The notes: generated by a model not told the origin, from the letters alone. A DNA stretch of 64,000 nt from Nemertoderma westbladi (GCA_032718475.1 JAUCBJ010009048.1:62001-126000), one strand, 5' to 3'; positions 37,361-51,906 are shown, counted from the stretch's first letter. Made by a program: numbers and translations.

Positions 37361-40300
37361 TTACGGGAACACTTTGCTGATCTTATAAGCCAGCTCTGCG
37401 GCTTTGTAACTCGGTAGGCCGTTAAAGTCTAACAAAGATGAAACATTGTAGAAGCCTATAATTTCCTTTGTATGCTCGCAGCTACTCAGTATATGTTCTT
37501 CGTCCTGCACCGACAGCCCATCGCAACTACAGACCCTTTGTTCTCTAGGTAGTCGTGTCCAACGATCTCTTTCTATTCGTAAGTTATGAGACGACAAGCG
37601 AAAACGCGACCATGCGATTCGCATATGCTCCGGGATTTTCGACGATCGAGTGGTATACATATCATGTGTTTGTAATGTCGTGTTCAGTTGCTTGTATGTA
37701 ACCCGTTTACTGCTGCTACTATCCATAATCCTTTTACGTAACATCTCTGTATTATCTCGTTTTATATTGTTAGAATTTTTCAGGAGTTCCGTTATGTATT
37801 TTGAACCACTCGCGCCGATATCCTTTGTGATATCCATACATATGTGAACTGGATCTGTACGATGTGGACGTTTTAATATTGATTTAATGAAATGTAATTG
37901 TCTGCATCGAATATAGGCTGCCGCGGTTGGAATCCCGGATTCAATATATACTGTGTCGTTACATGTTGAAGTTCTCACACCCAACAGCCGTTTTACCATG
38001 TAATTATAAACGCTCTCGGCTTGTGTAAATTTACCGATCCATGCCTCACAACCGTAGAAAACTGCAGCGGCTGCAGCCGCGTCAAACACCATTTTCTTAA
38101 CCCAAAATGGAGCTGACTCATTATTTTTTAAAAACATTGCGAACTTCAATAGATGAATTTGTTTAGATTTGAGATGCTCTTGAATGTCATTCTTTAGAGT
38201 TCCTTCATCTGTAAACACAGTTCCCAGATATGTGTGTGCAGATGTGTATTTAAATGTACGATTGGCAACGGTTAAAGGTTGTTTATCATCCGAATTCCCG
38301 TTAACAACGAGAAATTTCGTCTTGGATAAATTTATTTTCAACCCATATCCATTGCAAAATTCTATCAATATCACTACCTTCTGTATTAGTTCTTCCCTAG
38401 ACGTGGCCATTATTCCACAATCGTCCATCAATAACAGACAATGTAAATTTCGCAGAAGGTTTGAGACTGGTTTGCATCTTTTCAGCCACTTGACAAATCT
38501 ATCAAAGTAAAACAAAAACAGGAATATCGAACTTGGTTGTCCTTGTTTCAAACCTATGTTGCTGATAATTTTGGTAGAGTTATTATATACGTAAACAGTA
38601 GATCTATACATAGCAATTATCGCTCTGCACATTGCCTTGCCGCATCCACATTCGATTAACATATCTATCAATTTCTGTTTATTTATAGTGTCATAGGCCT
38701 TCTCTAGATCCACAAAGAACAGATATAGCTTTCCTTTGCTCTTCTTTGTAGAGTCTATTAACAATCTTAGCGATAATATTTGCTCGAGACATCCTCTGCT
38801 TGGTTGTCCCCCTGCTTGCTCACTTTCTGGTTTAAACCATCGGAATAATCGTGCGGCCAATATCGAGTCATATATCTTCTGAAAGGTATCAGCCACGCTT
38901 ATGCCGCGGTAATTACCACATTTGCGTATTTACATTTTAAATAGTATAACTAATCTCGATATCGCCCATGCGACCGGGTATACGCCACTATTGAAAATCC
39001 AGTTAAAGAACCATACTAGAGTGATTAACCATGATAATGGCATCATTTTATAAACTAAAGGTGGAATTCCATCTGGCCCCCCAGCCTTGTCTGACTTTAG
39101 CGCATCGATCGCTTCTGATACTGCCCTTAATGTTATGGGATCATCTAGTATTGGGACTGTAATGCTATTTATATTATTGTTTATTGGATGTAATCTACCG
39201 CTGTCAATTAAATTATTATTATATAAAAGTGTCTCAAAGTGATTCTTCATTTCGTTTGCATCTGGCTGTGCATCAACATCTGTCTCGGATGATATTGTGT
39301 CAGGTTTCAACATTCCTTTCCAGTCTATAGCGGCCCATAGAGATTGATAGTCTCCACTCTGTGCTAACCTGCTCCACCTCCCATGAACATTGTCACTCCC
39401 CTGCAAGGTATTGTTTCCGTTCCTCACCATAGATGTTTCAGCGGTACTGTATAGCTTATCAGTTATTTTAGAACAAGCTGAATCGATACTGTTGTTGTTA
39501 ATGTCAATGTTTAGAATATTCGATTGTAATAGAACCTGTACTTGATTTTTATCTATTTTACTAGATTGGATTCTTCTTCTATAGGTAGGATGGTATCTGT
39601 ATTGTATATTCGGTTGTGCCAATTCGTTGGCTACTTTCTCAAGATTATCCAATGGCTCTCGGTAAGGAATACACAATGTCAGCGAGATCGGCGCATGGTT
39701 CGAAGGGAAATCCAAACGCTGGATCGTTTCGAACTCCATCACATATGAAATAATTGAGTTTGGAATAATACCATAGTCGAGCTCACTCACCCACCTATTC
39801 CCTCTCCTGAAGGATAAGCCCCCTCCAAATTGCTTGTCCCCTGTATCCCAGTGGTTTAGAATTGTCATATCGCAATCTGAAATTAGTTGTTTTAGCATTC
39901 CACCATTACTGTTAACCTTTGCGTCCGGGATGTTTCCTATTCTGGAATTTAAATCACCTATTACTATTACTTTAGCTGAATCTTCAATTGCCCGCCATTG
40001 TATCTCACAAAAACAGGACTCATTAAAGTATTTAGAATCGCTCGGCGGAATATAGCAACCCCCGATTAGAATATCAGGAGCGAATTTTAAACTAATCCAC
40101 ACCTGATCAATTATTTTATCTCTACGGATAATATATCTCGATATCCATGGTTTTATTAATACTAAAACTCCCCCTCGGTGAGCTTCATGCAAAGCGTTCG
40201 CTGAGGGAATTATATCCCACCCCGGTACCGATTTGACAATAGTTTTAACCTCGTTGATAAAAATTATATCATAGTTACTTAAAAATTGTTTAACAATATT

Positions 40301-40393
40301 ATTATTTAATTTATCATTAATACCATTTATGTTCCACGATAAAATACGTAGTGTAAAATTTGTGCTAATACTGTTGATCTGGTCTCCAATCAA
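37361..40393 (-). pseudogene. LINE ORF2 (APE + RT + C-terminal Cys motif) with one frameshift near 38900-38930
   Basis: SWNING, GDLNS, SNH; VDLEKAYD, GLKQG, LMDD, YLG; RFRLSSHNLRIE..C.C..DEEH..C. Confidence 0.9.
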
Positions 40394-41421
40394 AAAGCCG
40401 AACTATTGTGATGGAATTCATCAATAACTTCATCACCTCTATATAACTTCCATTTCTTAAAATCTATATAGATTTTCACACCGACATTCTGGGGTTTTGC
40501 TTTCTCTGCCTCGCAGGCATCAAACAACCGTTTCCTCTCCCGACGAATATGTGGAGGTGCGTCCTTTTTGATAAAAACTTTTGATAGTTCAGGTAATTCC
40601 TGAATTTTCTTTTCGCTCGTGAGTAACTGGGTTATAGCTGTAGAAGACTTCATCTTTAGTAGTACACCATGCTGGCCCACTCATTTAGCGTCGTCTTCTT
40701 TTCCTAATCGAAACATCTCGGTTGGTTCTTCATTAATGACTGCGACGTGAAGAATCTTCTTTATCTTTTCGTTATCGCTGACATCATCTTCTTCTAGCCC
40801 CCGAATGATTGCGTTGCAGCTCCTTTCTCGAGAGTCTATCCTCTGGAAGAAGCGTTGGTGATCCCCTACTACATTGCGAACGCGGAGTAATTCTGTTCGC
40901 AGATCCATGTTTTCTTTCTCCAGTTTATTAATCTTTGTGTCGTGCTGGTCTAGGCGTTGATTTATGTTATCTAACTTATTCTCCACGCGATTTTGACCGT
41001 CCAGGAGTGCCTGTATCCAATCTGGTTGTGGTTGGCCTTGGAGTTGAATCGGTTGTTGGCCAGACAGACTGGGTTGTTGGGTCATCATTGGTTGGTATTG
41101 ATGTGGTTGTAATAATGGTGACTGTACTGGCCCCCATCCCCAGGGGTTTGCCTGACCGCAACTGATCCCGTTACCGCCCACAGACGCACCTTGTTGTGTC
41201 CAGTTAAATCCTGCTGGTACGGAACGACCCGTCTCATTGTCCATTAACAAGTGTGCTGTATCGATATTGGCACCTGGGTGACAGCTTTGTTGGGTTCCGT
41301 TATTATTCGCGGAACTGCTTTCTGTTCCAGTTCTATTCGTGGATGTTGCACAATTTTTACATAATCCACCACGTTGTAAACGCGTTTCTATTGCCCCACA
41401 CGTATTGCATTTACCCATAAT
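40390..41421 (-). pseudogene. LINE ORF1 (Cys finger, Gln-rich, coiled coil, RRM-like) with an in-frame TGA at 40681-40683
   Basis: MGKCNTC...CKNC, coiled coil, RSCNAIIRGLEE; continues in frame into 40390-40680. Confidence 0.8.
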
Positions 41422-41550
41422 AATCAAGTTGACCATACAAGCTGTCAGCAATTCAGCAGTACACAGTACAGTACCAGTAAAACTGGCATATAGGTGGTTT
41501 TGAATCGATAAATATCTCAGTTCTACAAAGTTGTACAATCAAAAGTTAAA

Positions 41551-41739
41551 ATGGACGCTTTTATGGAGGTAGCTGTAACACTCAATTGTAAAATTAAAGT
41601 TTATAGAAATATCTTTGACCCAATTGCGGAATATACTGATGATGAACTTTACCATCGATTTCGTTTCGATAATGAAGGTATAATTTACTTGGCTGACCTT
41701 CTCCGATCTTATCTTGTGTGCATTGGAACGAAGAATTGA
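41551..41739 (+). pseudogene. PIF/Harbinger transposase N-terminal remnant
   Basis: YRNIFDPIAEYTDDELYHRFRFDNEGIIYLADLL resembles the HARBI1-like N terminus. Confidence 0.7.
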
Positions 41740-41989
41740 ACAAAGGAAGCGTAAGTTGTATCAACGTTGTTGATACAGATTGCTGTGGTTCAGTAACAAT
41801 TGCCTCAACCCAACCGCGTCGTCCATTGTAAGAGATTCGGAAGTCACAGATTTTGACGATGGAAAGATCATTGATTCGATGGGATAAATAACTCCTGCAA
41901 ATGAAGCTGTGTCTTTTAAAGTATCGACATAAACTTAAAGTATCGACTTAAGCCGCTTCGCTGTCATTCAAACAAGGTTCGGGCTTTCC

Positions 41990-44480
41990 TCCACCACCAG
42001 TTCGGTGCAAACTCTTTTTCATGGTAGCATCTTTGCTTTCACATTTTTCTTTATGTACTTGAATTTATTACAGACCTGCTGTCTTGTATAGTCCATGGGC
42101 CAGCCAGCATAGGGGATACTTTTTGGTAACCACCCGGAACTTATATTTTTGGGAAGACCTAGCTTCTGGCCATTCATTTTGATATGATAACAAATCTGAA
42201 TCGGTAGCTGACTTGGTGTTATCACCGGTTGTCATGGAAATGGTAAAACAACAAACATGCTGTAGTACTCTAATAACTCCATATAAATTCATCGCATCTT
42301 CTGAAAAAGATAGCTACTGGTCTTACATTTCTAAATATGACATAAAATTCTGGAATATAATTATTGTTACCATGGGAACGCTGCTAAATGAAAACTGACA
42401 AGTTTTAGAAAAATAGCTACCATTCTAGAACAATACCATTATTTTAAAAACAAATTACCACATTTTATTTAATATTAGTTTTAGAAAATTTTGGTATACT
42501 GAGAGCTAAACCTGTTTTGTTATAACGGTGATATAACCCAAAAGATATACCCATGTTTGAAATATTTTTTATTTTTCATCATTTTAATCTCATTCCACTC
42601 TGTTTCAAAATAATGACTTTAACAAATATTTATGTCAATAAAAAACAATCAAGATGTGACTACAAATCACTTTAAAATGACAAGTGACATTTAAATGGCA
42701 TTTCAGACCACACTCCTTCACAGGTTACCATGACTACCACTACAGATGCAATTGAAGATGACTCCGATATGTCACAAACTTAAATGACTTGACACCTACC
42801 ACAAAAGAGAGGTTAGTTCTTTTAGTATATTCACTTCAATTTATATATTTATCATAATTGTTGCTAGATGATTTCTGCAAAGATGATTCCATCGATAATA
42901 ACATTTTTGAATACTAAATCCTCTTTATTTAATAATAAATACATAATTATGTAGGCCTATGTACGTATTCTTAATTGGTAGGCGATGATGTCATCCGAGC
43001 AAATAGAGAATTCTTAGTCGAGTAGGTAATGTATGTGATACAGTTACTGCTGTATTAGAAATCACCTTCATCATCTGAGGTGTCAAGTGCATCAGTTCAT
43101 TCCAATTCCGCCTCCTTCCATTTGGTGCATTACTTGAATTTGTACAACTCAGTGCAATGAAGTTTATTTTGTAGGCAGATACGTTCTGTATCAAATGTTA
43201 AGTCTACTCATCTAATACTGTTGGTGTTGCTGTAATAACCCTTACATGATTTCACCCAATTTCTCCATTCCTTACAGCGTTTAGAACAGTTTCTACTGTA
43301 CCTGCAAACTGAGTATAAAACTCTTAAACTAGTTCGACCCCTATCTCCATTCCTTACATGATTTTTTCCTAATAGTGTAAGGTTTGGGAATATGCCCCCG
43401 GCCAAGGAGGATTAAATAAAGAGGATTTAGTATTCAAAAATGTCATTATCGAAGGAATCGTCTTTGCAGAAATCATCTAGGAACAATTATGATAAATATA
43501 TAAATTGAAGTGAATATACTAAAAGAACTAACCTCTCTTTTGTGGTAGGTGTCAAGTCATTTGTTTGTGTCATATCTGCGTCATCTTCAATTGCATCTGT
43601 AGTGGTAGTCATGGTAACATGTGAAGGAGTGTTGTCTGAAATGCCATTTAGATGTCACTTGTCAATCTAAAGTGATTTGTAAAAGTAAAGTGGTTAGTCA
43701 CATCTTGATTGTTTTTTATTGGCATAAATATTTGTTATAAAGTCATTATTTTGAAACAGAGTGGAATGAGATTAAATTGATGAAAAATAAAAATATTTCA
43801 AACATGGGTATATCTTTGGAACCATATATCACCGTTATAACAAAACAGGTTTAGCTCTCAGTATACCAAAATTTTCCAAAACTAATATTCAATCAAATGT
43901 GGCAATTTGTTTTTAAAATAATGGTATTGTTCTAGAATGGTAGCTATTTTACTAAAACTTGTCAGTTTTAATTTAGCAGCGTTCCCATGGTAACAATAAT
44001 TATATTCCAGAATTTTATGTCACATTTAGAATTGTAAGACCAGTAGCTATCTTTTTCAAAAGATGCGATGAATTTATATTGAGTTATTAGAATACCACAT
44101 CATGTTTGTTGTTTTACCATTTCCATGACAACCGGTGATAACACAAAGTCAGCTACCGATTCAGATTTGTTATCATATCAAAATGAATGGCCAGAAGCTA
44201 GGTCTTCTCAAAAATATAAGTTCCGGGTGGTTACCAAAAAGTATCCCCTATGCTGGCTGGCCCATGGACTAGTAAGTTTCAAACTAAATTCTGCACTTTA
44301 GCATAGCTAGATTCGGTCCCAAGCAGCTCCAAGGGGCTTCTTACCCTCAATTCCTGGAATCTTACTGGTATTGGTAAATATACCCTGGGATTCAGTCCAA
44401 AGCGCAAACGCGGATTTAGTTTTGCCTCTATTTCTGAAAATCTGTAAGAATTGGTACTGGTACCTGGTATGTGAATGCCT
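41990..44480 (-). pseudogene. Harbinger Myb/SANT DNA-binding gene remnant split by an Academ-type insertion
   Basis: Removing 42089-44271 joins ...GKK..AAWDRI..AEFSLKL to TRQQVCNKFKYIKKNVKAK. Convergent with the transposase remnant. Confidence 0.7.
42089..44271. mobile_element. Academ-type DNA transposon derivative with ~850-bp TIRs
   Basis: GTA|TAGTCCATGGGCC ... GGCCCATGGACTA|GTA (3-bp TSD). Arms 42089-~42935 and ~43411-44271. The spacer on minus encodes CLQNKLHCTEL...SDDEGD, like a CXC transposase C terminus. Confidence 0.8.
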
Positions 44481-45282
44481 CACCGTAGGCCTACTAACAT
44501 CAAACCTCAGATATTTCAGTTTTACCGAAAGAAAGAAAATACTTTCAGTTTCTATCTTACACATATTATTGCCTAGCGATCTAGATTACTGCAGTATATA
44601 CCGGTCAGTAGTTGCTGTTTACTAAAGCCTACTAGTTTGGCCCATGTTGCCTACATACCGAATGTTGGATGTACTCTTCTGTACTTTAACCGACACCACA
44701 AAAAAATCCACCATATGACCCTAGTTCATTTCTACTTCTACATAGAATAGAAGTGTAAGTTAATCAAACAATTTAAAATTAAAGTTACAGAGCACAAAGA
44801 CAATATAATTGCACACATAATTTAATTAAAAATAATAATAATAATATATATATATAAAGGTAGTCTATTCCGTGTTGTTAGCAGGTGCTGGAGGAGGAGA
44901 CAGGTCCTCATATATAAAGGCCGTCGCCATCAGAGAGGGCGGGGTCCATGGTACCCAGGATGGAGGCTGTAGGAGAGGGTGGGGTCTACCCAGGGTGGAG
45001 GGAGGGGTCCATGGTACCCAGGATGGATGCTGCTGGAGATGGCGTGGTCCATGGTACCCAGCATTGAGGCCGTATTGCTGATTGCGGCCTATTTTTATTC
45101 GATCGGCAACACCATCCTGATCAGACCAGAATGGTGTATTGCCGATCGAATCATATCCGTCAATCCTTGTCCAAATACAGTACGTTTAATAATACATAGG
45201 GGGTGAGGTAAATCTAGCTTGGTCATGTGAATCCAGAACTACAGTAGGCCCCCTAATTAACGCACTATAACAAAGGCCTAAC

Positions 45283-45601
45283 GCCCCATTCAGCATTCAC
45301 ATCCAACTTTTCGTGAGTCGTAAAGTAGTCTCGTGGTATTGAAGCAGTAAGCCAGTGGTACACTACCCGGAGCTCATTCACACCTAACAGTACTGTTGCG
45401 GTAAATGATTGACATCTATCTGTTGACTGTGAATTAAACAGGAAATTACATTAATTGTTTTAACATTGTTTAAATTGGCTGTGGTAAACTGCGCGGTTAA
45501 GCGCACAACTACCTGTTGGATCGTTCAGGGTCAGCACTGTACCGCTGGCCCTGCGGTACACCGTGCGTGTGGTGTACCATTCCATTGGATGTGAATGGGC
45601 T
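45283..45601. mobile_element. Harbinger-like MITE
   Basis: cattcacatccaa ... ttggatgtgaatgggct inverted ends with TAA/TTA flanks; left end damaged. Confidence 0.5.
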
Positions 45602-45747
45602 TTAAAGTACGTAATTTATGTAATGAAAAAGCAAAATTACAGTATAAACTGCAAATTAACAATTTTTCATAATACACTGTACTTTTAGATTTAACTAATA
45701 CTAAATAAAGTAAAATAAAATTTAAGTTAACCGCATGGTGCCTATAT

Positions 45748-46020
45748 CCTACGCCAGAACTAACTAAGGCAGGATGGTGGAGGCAGGAGGCAAGGTAAGA
45801 AAGAAGCGTAAGAGGGATAACATACGTAATATATTATACAAAACAATGGTGTAACAACAGTCAGATGGTGAGTAACACATAGTGACTGATAGGTAAGTAG
45901 TACGACTACAGTACGGATGGCTGACTGGACTGGCTGCAGTACTCAGTCATACGGTACCGGTATTGGTCAGTATATCAGTCCCCAGTCAACCATAAGGCCA
46001 TGTCTGGCAGACAGGTGGTA
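45748..46020 (-). repeat. 3' LTR
   Basis: Direct repeat of 53342-53655 with indels. Confidence 0.88.
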
Positions 46021-49000
46021 TGATCTAAACCGCCTGGCGCAACTTCTTTCACTTTTCGTCGTTGGCGAAACAGGAAATACCACCTCTACCTATGGTATGT
46101 TAATCTGTTATAACCCGTAAAGTACCATATTTGGGTATGTACAAAATGGCAAGCAAAATTAGTACTGATAATCAAAACAAAGAGAAAAAAAAATTGCCAC
46201 AAAACAAAGGCTATTGAGGATACTGTTATACTTAAGATAAATTGCAAAAAGGGTTGGGTCTCGTAGATTGAACTTGGGACCCTTAGGAGTCCAGTCAAGC
46301 GCTCTGCCCGGTAAGCTATGGGGCATAATGTCGCATATGACAGGTCCGTTATAAATCATTGCTTTGAAGAATGGTCCATAGTAAGCTAGAAAAAAACTAA
46401 ACTAAACAGTCAAAATAATCCGGCAGGGGAACCTAAGGGGGGCCCAAGGGTAAGGGCTAAAACAATAAACTAAAAACTACGAAGTCTTGTAACACACAAA
46501 CAGTTAGTTAAATGTTAATAACTGAGTAAGGCGGATGGCTTGCATGAGCGGAAATCTGTCATTTGTGCAAGTGTGAGGATGGGTCGAGCCATGTGTGTGG
46601 GTGATGCACGAAAAGGGGTGTGTCGTGGGAACCCATAGTATTGGGGTGGGTGGTGCTCCCTGTGGGGGCGTTGTGGTATGGGATCAGGGGAGTCGTTACC
46701 CATGGGATTGGTAGGTTGGTTCTGGGGCAGGCCCGGAAGTGGATCGGGAATGACCACAGGGGGTTGGACCTGGTTGGGCATCATGGCTTGACCAGTGGGT
46801 GGATGGGGCTCGTCAATGAGCTCGCAATATGTTGTAAGATGCGGTGGGAGGTGTGAGACATGGAACCAGGAAACAATCTGATTGGGGTACTCTATATGCA
46901 TGGGCGTGGAGCTGGTTGCCAATAAACTTTTGGATGGAGCACCAGCTGCCGTCTGTAGCACTGACAATGTATCTGGGCTGTGCACCGAACTTTGGGGAAT
47001 CTGAGTAGAGGTGTACAAATTCGCCCACATAGAGTGATGTGAACCCGGGGAGGGCTCTAGGGCTGTATACCTTGGAGTGGGCACTGGACTCGTGGTTCGC
47101 AAAACGTCGATCATGTTGGGTAGTGATGAGATCAGAGTGAGTCAATGGGATCTGATCACCGGTGAACTGATCGCATTGGAAGAGGATCTCGCGTGCTGAT
47201 TAACCGGGTTTGCGAAGATGAGCATTGAGGTGGGCAACAGCTATGGTGATGGACGTGGAGGAAATCAGACCACCCGTTGGGTAGAGTTTAAGCAACTCAG
47301 CGAGTAATTCGCCAATAGCGTGCTTGGTGATGGGATTTTTATTGATGTTTTTACAGGCTCCAACTTCAAGCAGGAGATGATGGGATTTCAAAATGGGATC
47401 ACCGATGAGGGCCTGGAAGCCGGGTACAGGATCAGTGCGAATAACCACGGGGGGGGGGGGCACTAAGGGGGCCTAATCCGAATGCTAATGTAATAAGGGC
47501 ATGGCAAAGGGTGTCTTGCTGTTTGTCAGGGATTATGACAGCATTGGTATAGGAGGAGACAATCTTCCAAATGAGGAGAATACGTTGTTGACTGCTGCAG
47601 TGGAGTAGATCAGCAGAAAATGACTGACCAACAATGGGTGAGGGGTCGAGTGATGAATGGGGAATGACGCGCCGGAGGGCAGTGGCCAGGGCGACACACT
47701 GGTGACATTGGGAGGAGACCTCATCCAGGGCTCGGTCGAGATCCAGGTCATGGAAGTACCGGGAGAAGGTTGTATGAGGTTGAGACTGGGACAGGTGATG
47801 GAGTTCAATATGTAGCGACGTGAGGAGACCAGCAACAGAAGGGCGGGGGATGATGATGACATCATACGGTGAGGTGAAGGCAAGCTGGCGTCAGACAATG
47901 ACGAGACCAGAGGGGGCAAGAGACAGATGCCGAGGTATCGTTTTATGTCACGACTATGGGTGTCACGCTTGGATGGACGAGTGCCAGAAGCGAGGTGTTT
48001 GGTGATGCGGGTGAGGTCGGCACATTCCCATTGGGTGGCGAATAAAGCGGGACAACTAGCATAGAGTGAGGCAGGGATCGGGGTAGTCGGTTGATGCAAA
48101 GCAATATGGTGAAGTCATGGATATCGTGGGTGGTGGGAGGGTCAGCGGCGAGACGAACCACTGGGTTGTTGGCTGTAGACGCAACAAAGGAACAGACTTG
48201 ACAAGACTGCAGAGAACATGGGACAAAGTTATGGCTCTGGAAGTCAGCAGGAAGGTTTGTGGAAGGTTGATAGACGAGGGCTTGAGGAGTAGACGAGGGC
48301 TTGAGGAATAGGTGCTGTGGGACAACTTCCAGTATGCTTCCATACAAGGCTTACGGTCTGTAAGAACGTGGGATTGCCGGGTAGAACTGATTAGGTAAGG
48401 GAGGAAGTGTTGAACAGACGCGGTGATGGCAAGTGCAACTCACATGGGAGCCAGGAGTGTGGGTGAGTCTTCAGTTTGGTGGAGTAGAATTTGTTCAGTT
48501 TGGAGGAGCTCCTTATCGTACTTCGTGTATAAAACGGCGCTGAGGCCGTTGATGGAGGAGGCAGCATCAGTAACGAGAAAGAGCTCGTCGGCTGGACGAG
48601 GGATGGATACAGAGTGACAGGACTGGATGGCAGCCTGAGAGCGACGAAAGACGGAGTCCAGTTTGGGAGTCCAAGCCACTGTATCACCAGGTTTGGCCGT
48701 GAGGAGGGACTCAAGTGGAGCAACAAGTGCTGAACAACGCAGGAGAATGCGAGCGAGGATCTTGTAGGATCCCAAGTAAGAGTGGAGATCTTGGACCATT
48801 GGAGGATGGGACAGTGGGATAGTGCCGATGTAACATGGGAGGACGCAGATATTGAACCATTGGACCACGACCAACCGAGAATGGTAGTAGTTTGAGGACA
48901 GATAACAGCTTTCTTTGCGGATAAACGAAGGTCGGCATGATGGAGAGTGTGGAGAAGCTCATTAAAATTGTTGAGGAGGTCAGAGATGGTCTCTGATTTG

Positions 49001-49366
49001 TCAGCGGAGAGATTGTCAGCGAGTTTAACTATGGAACCTTTGAGGAGTAGATTGCCGAGGACATGGGACATCAACTCCTCTAATGTGGTTTCGCTGCCAG
49101 GCATGCCCATAGCACATCGGCGGTAGACACGAGGGCGTCGATACGCTGCAGAAATGCATGGTGCTGGAGGGGGATTTGGTAGAAGGCGCTAGTGAGATCC
49201 GCCTTAATGAGGTATTTAAATCACCCAAGGGACTGGAGGGTGGACTCAATGTCAGGGAGCAGCCCGGGTTGGGGTTTGCAGTACTGAACGATTTTGATAA
49301 ATGTGGTTCCTAATCGTGTACTAATCATTTAGCAACCAGGAAGCTGGGGTTAAGATATTCGACCAT

Positions 49367-50827
49367 ACTACTACTACTACTACTACTAGGATCGGCATGC
49401 TGCATTGCAGCTGCATTTTAAGAACGCTGTGCCGGCTTGTCAACAAAATTGCACCGCCACAACTCCCTATCACCCATGACATTTGCTAGATCATCCGCAT
49501 CTTTAAGGCCAGTGTCCTTTAAGATGCGTCTCAAGAAAGTCATGGGCTGTCCACCATGCTTATTCACTCCATGAGGCTGCCAAAGTACAAGGTTATGCAC
49601 TGGCTGGTCCTCACAGCGAAAGCAATGTCCTGCAAAGTGGAGGCAATTTTGTTCTAGTGTCAAGCTTGGGAGAACCAATGAGACACCTCCAATGTTATAT
49701 AGTGTCTGGTTGGAGATGTGTGCATTGTACTTGACACAATGAACCCAGCGTAGCATTCTTGTGAATGTGCCATCCAGAGATTTGGTGTCCTCAGCAGTTA
49801 GAGCCCAGCATGGACTCCCGTAGAGGAGTACTGGAACTACTGCTGCTCTAAATAATCGGACCTTAAGTTTCCGATTAATTCTCGGTGACTTCCAAATCCT
49901 GGAAAGCCTATTCAAGGCTGCCCATGCCTTTCCCTTACGTATTCGAAGGTCCTCATCTGACTTCCGGATCCATGATCCCAGGTAACAGAAGTCGTCCACA
50001 TGCTCAAGCATACCATCCTTTGAGCTTATGCTCATCCGATCAGAGACTTGCTGAGGACTTTCAAAGTTAACTGTCAGAATTTTGGTCTTTCTGGAGTTAA
50101 TAAAAAGACCAACACTAGAAGCAGCATGTTCTAATGAGCTGAGGAGCCGTTGGGCTCCCTCTAATGATTCTGAGAGTACTCCTAAGTCATCAGCAAAGTC
50201 TAGATCAGTTAGGTACTTGGCAGGATTTCCTCAACTTCTGGAGCCAGTAGGTGGAGTTATCATCACCCCATCATCATTATAATGATCTAAGGACATGCGT
50301 AGAACATAGTCAACCACAATAATGAACAAGAATGGCGCAAGTGTGTCTCCTTGGAGGACGCCCCATAACACTTCAAATGGTTCTGTGTCACCGTCAACAG
50401 TAGACACAAATGTTGCCGAACCATCGTATACTGATCTGATTGCTGCAATAATTTCATCAGGAATCCCATATAATGAAAGTATGCTGAACATACGTGAGCG
50501 AGAGACTGAATCAAAGGCCTTGAAGAAGTCAACAAAGATAACAGCCAGAGCCTTATTGGGGAGCTTTTCAAAGTGGGCTTTCCAACCATTGAGGCAATCG
50601 GCTGGTGATTCAGCCTTAACCTTGGTGGTTGGTTGGCTTTTCTGCCCAGTAAGCAGATTGATCGATTTCCATGCCTGGGATGATTGCCTGCTGTCGTCAG
50701 CATCATTGATGGCATCAACCTGTTGGTTTATTAGCTCCTGTAGATTAGCAGAGTACTGCCTGTTTAGGGACCTAGATGCAGCCTTAACGGCATTCTTGGC
50801 CGCTGTAGTCTGTTTGAGTCGGGACTC
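49367..50827 (-). mobile_element. 5'-truncated RTE-clade LINE inserted in the Gypsy-like pol
   Basis: (TAG)n tail; 8-bp TSD TCGACCAT (49359-49366 / 50828-50835); GVLQGDTLAPFLF, FADD; internal deletion near 50548. Confidence 0.92.
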
Positions 50828-51906
50828 TCGACCATTAATGCCAGTGAGCTCTGGGCGGATAAATACTCCAAGGCATTCGAGAGAGTCAAATAGCTCCTGG
50901 AGCTCGACAAGGCAGTTGCGGGCGTATTGGGGTACACGTCCCTTATGTTATGGTGGTAACATCGGAGAGACGTACACAATGGCTTCGAATGGTCTGGTGG
51001 AACCGTTGTAGCTGGAATAAGTGGGATCGAATGCGGAGGAAAATCTTTGAAGGACGTTGTGGAATGCCATGCGTTCTCTGTGGGAGAGGATACCATTGGG
51101 ATAGAGTTGTACAGCCTGGATGTGGGGAGTTGGAGTAGTTATGGGACCAGACATTATAGAGCGAATTTCGGGACACGGGAGGGTTTGAGTTGGTGGTTGG
51201 GGGTGTGCAATTGTAGTGGGTATGATGGAACATATGTGTGAGTTGCCCTGAATAAAGACGGGTTGGGAATAGTGATCGAGCCGTGGACTAGGTTGAGCTG
51301 CATGGGGGGAACCATGGTTAGGTGGAGGGCTTGGAAGGGGGTGAGCAAACGATATGGGGGTCCATGTCGTATGTAAATGGGAAGATAGGGACAGAGTGAG
51401 TGATTCACCGGGCAAGAAGATGGAGGACTCGACCGGGGCTCAAAGTACTTGAGTTGATGTGCGGGGGATCATGGGCCCGCGGGGTGGCTTAGGCGGGTAT
51501 TGGGTGGAATTGTCGTGAAATGACACTAAGGACTGTGTGGGGTGTATCGTAATTTCGTTCGTAGACAGGAATGGCATACCAGCCAATAGAAGGACGCTGA
51601 GGCTAGCTACGATGAGACCCTGGAATGACAAGTTGAGGTCGTCGCAGAGAAGATCGAATGAAGCTTAGCCAATTACATCATGCATGGGGGATCCGTCTGC
51701 TTTGATGGGAACTTGCCGTGAACCTCAGGTAATTGCTACACCAAGCTCGATTGTGGTATCATCCTTAAAGTATGTGATAAATGAGGGAGTTTGGCGCACG
51801 ATGACGGGTTGGAGACTGGTCCAGGAGTGGGCTCATCGGTGGCGTTGGAATGATTGAAGGATTCATAGTCGTCATCAACGTGGACAAGATGAGCCTGGGC
51901 AATGAA

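Larger units (their letters stand above)
36848..41500 (-). mobile_element. Near-full-length RTEX-like LINE
   Basis: ORF1 and ORF2 present; AT-rich 3' UTR with ~130-140-bp repeats (tatggtcaaataa) and a (TAA)-type tail. Confidence 0.9.

Noticed and set aside
44870-45150. Three GGTCCATGGTACCCAG repeats with short ORFs
   Set aside because: Too short and degenerate to assign; probably a retroelement fragment.
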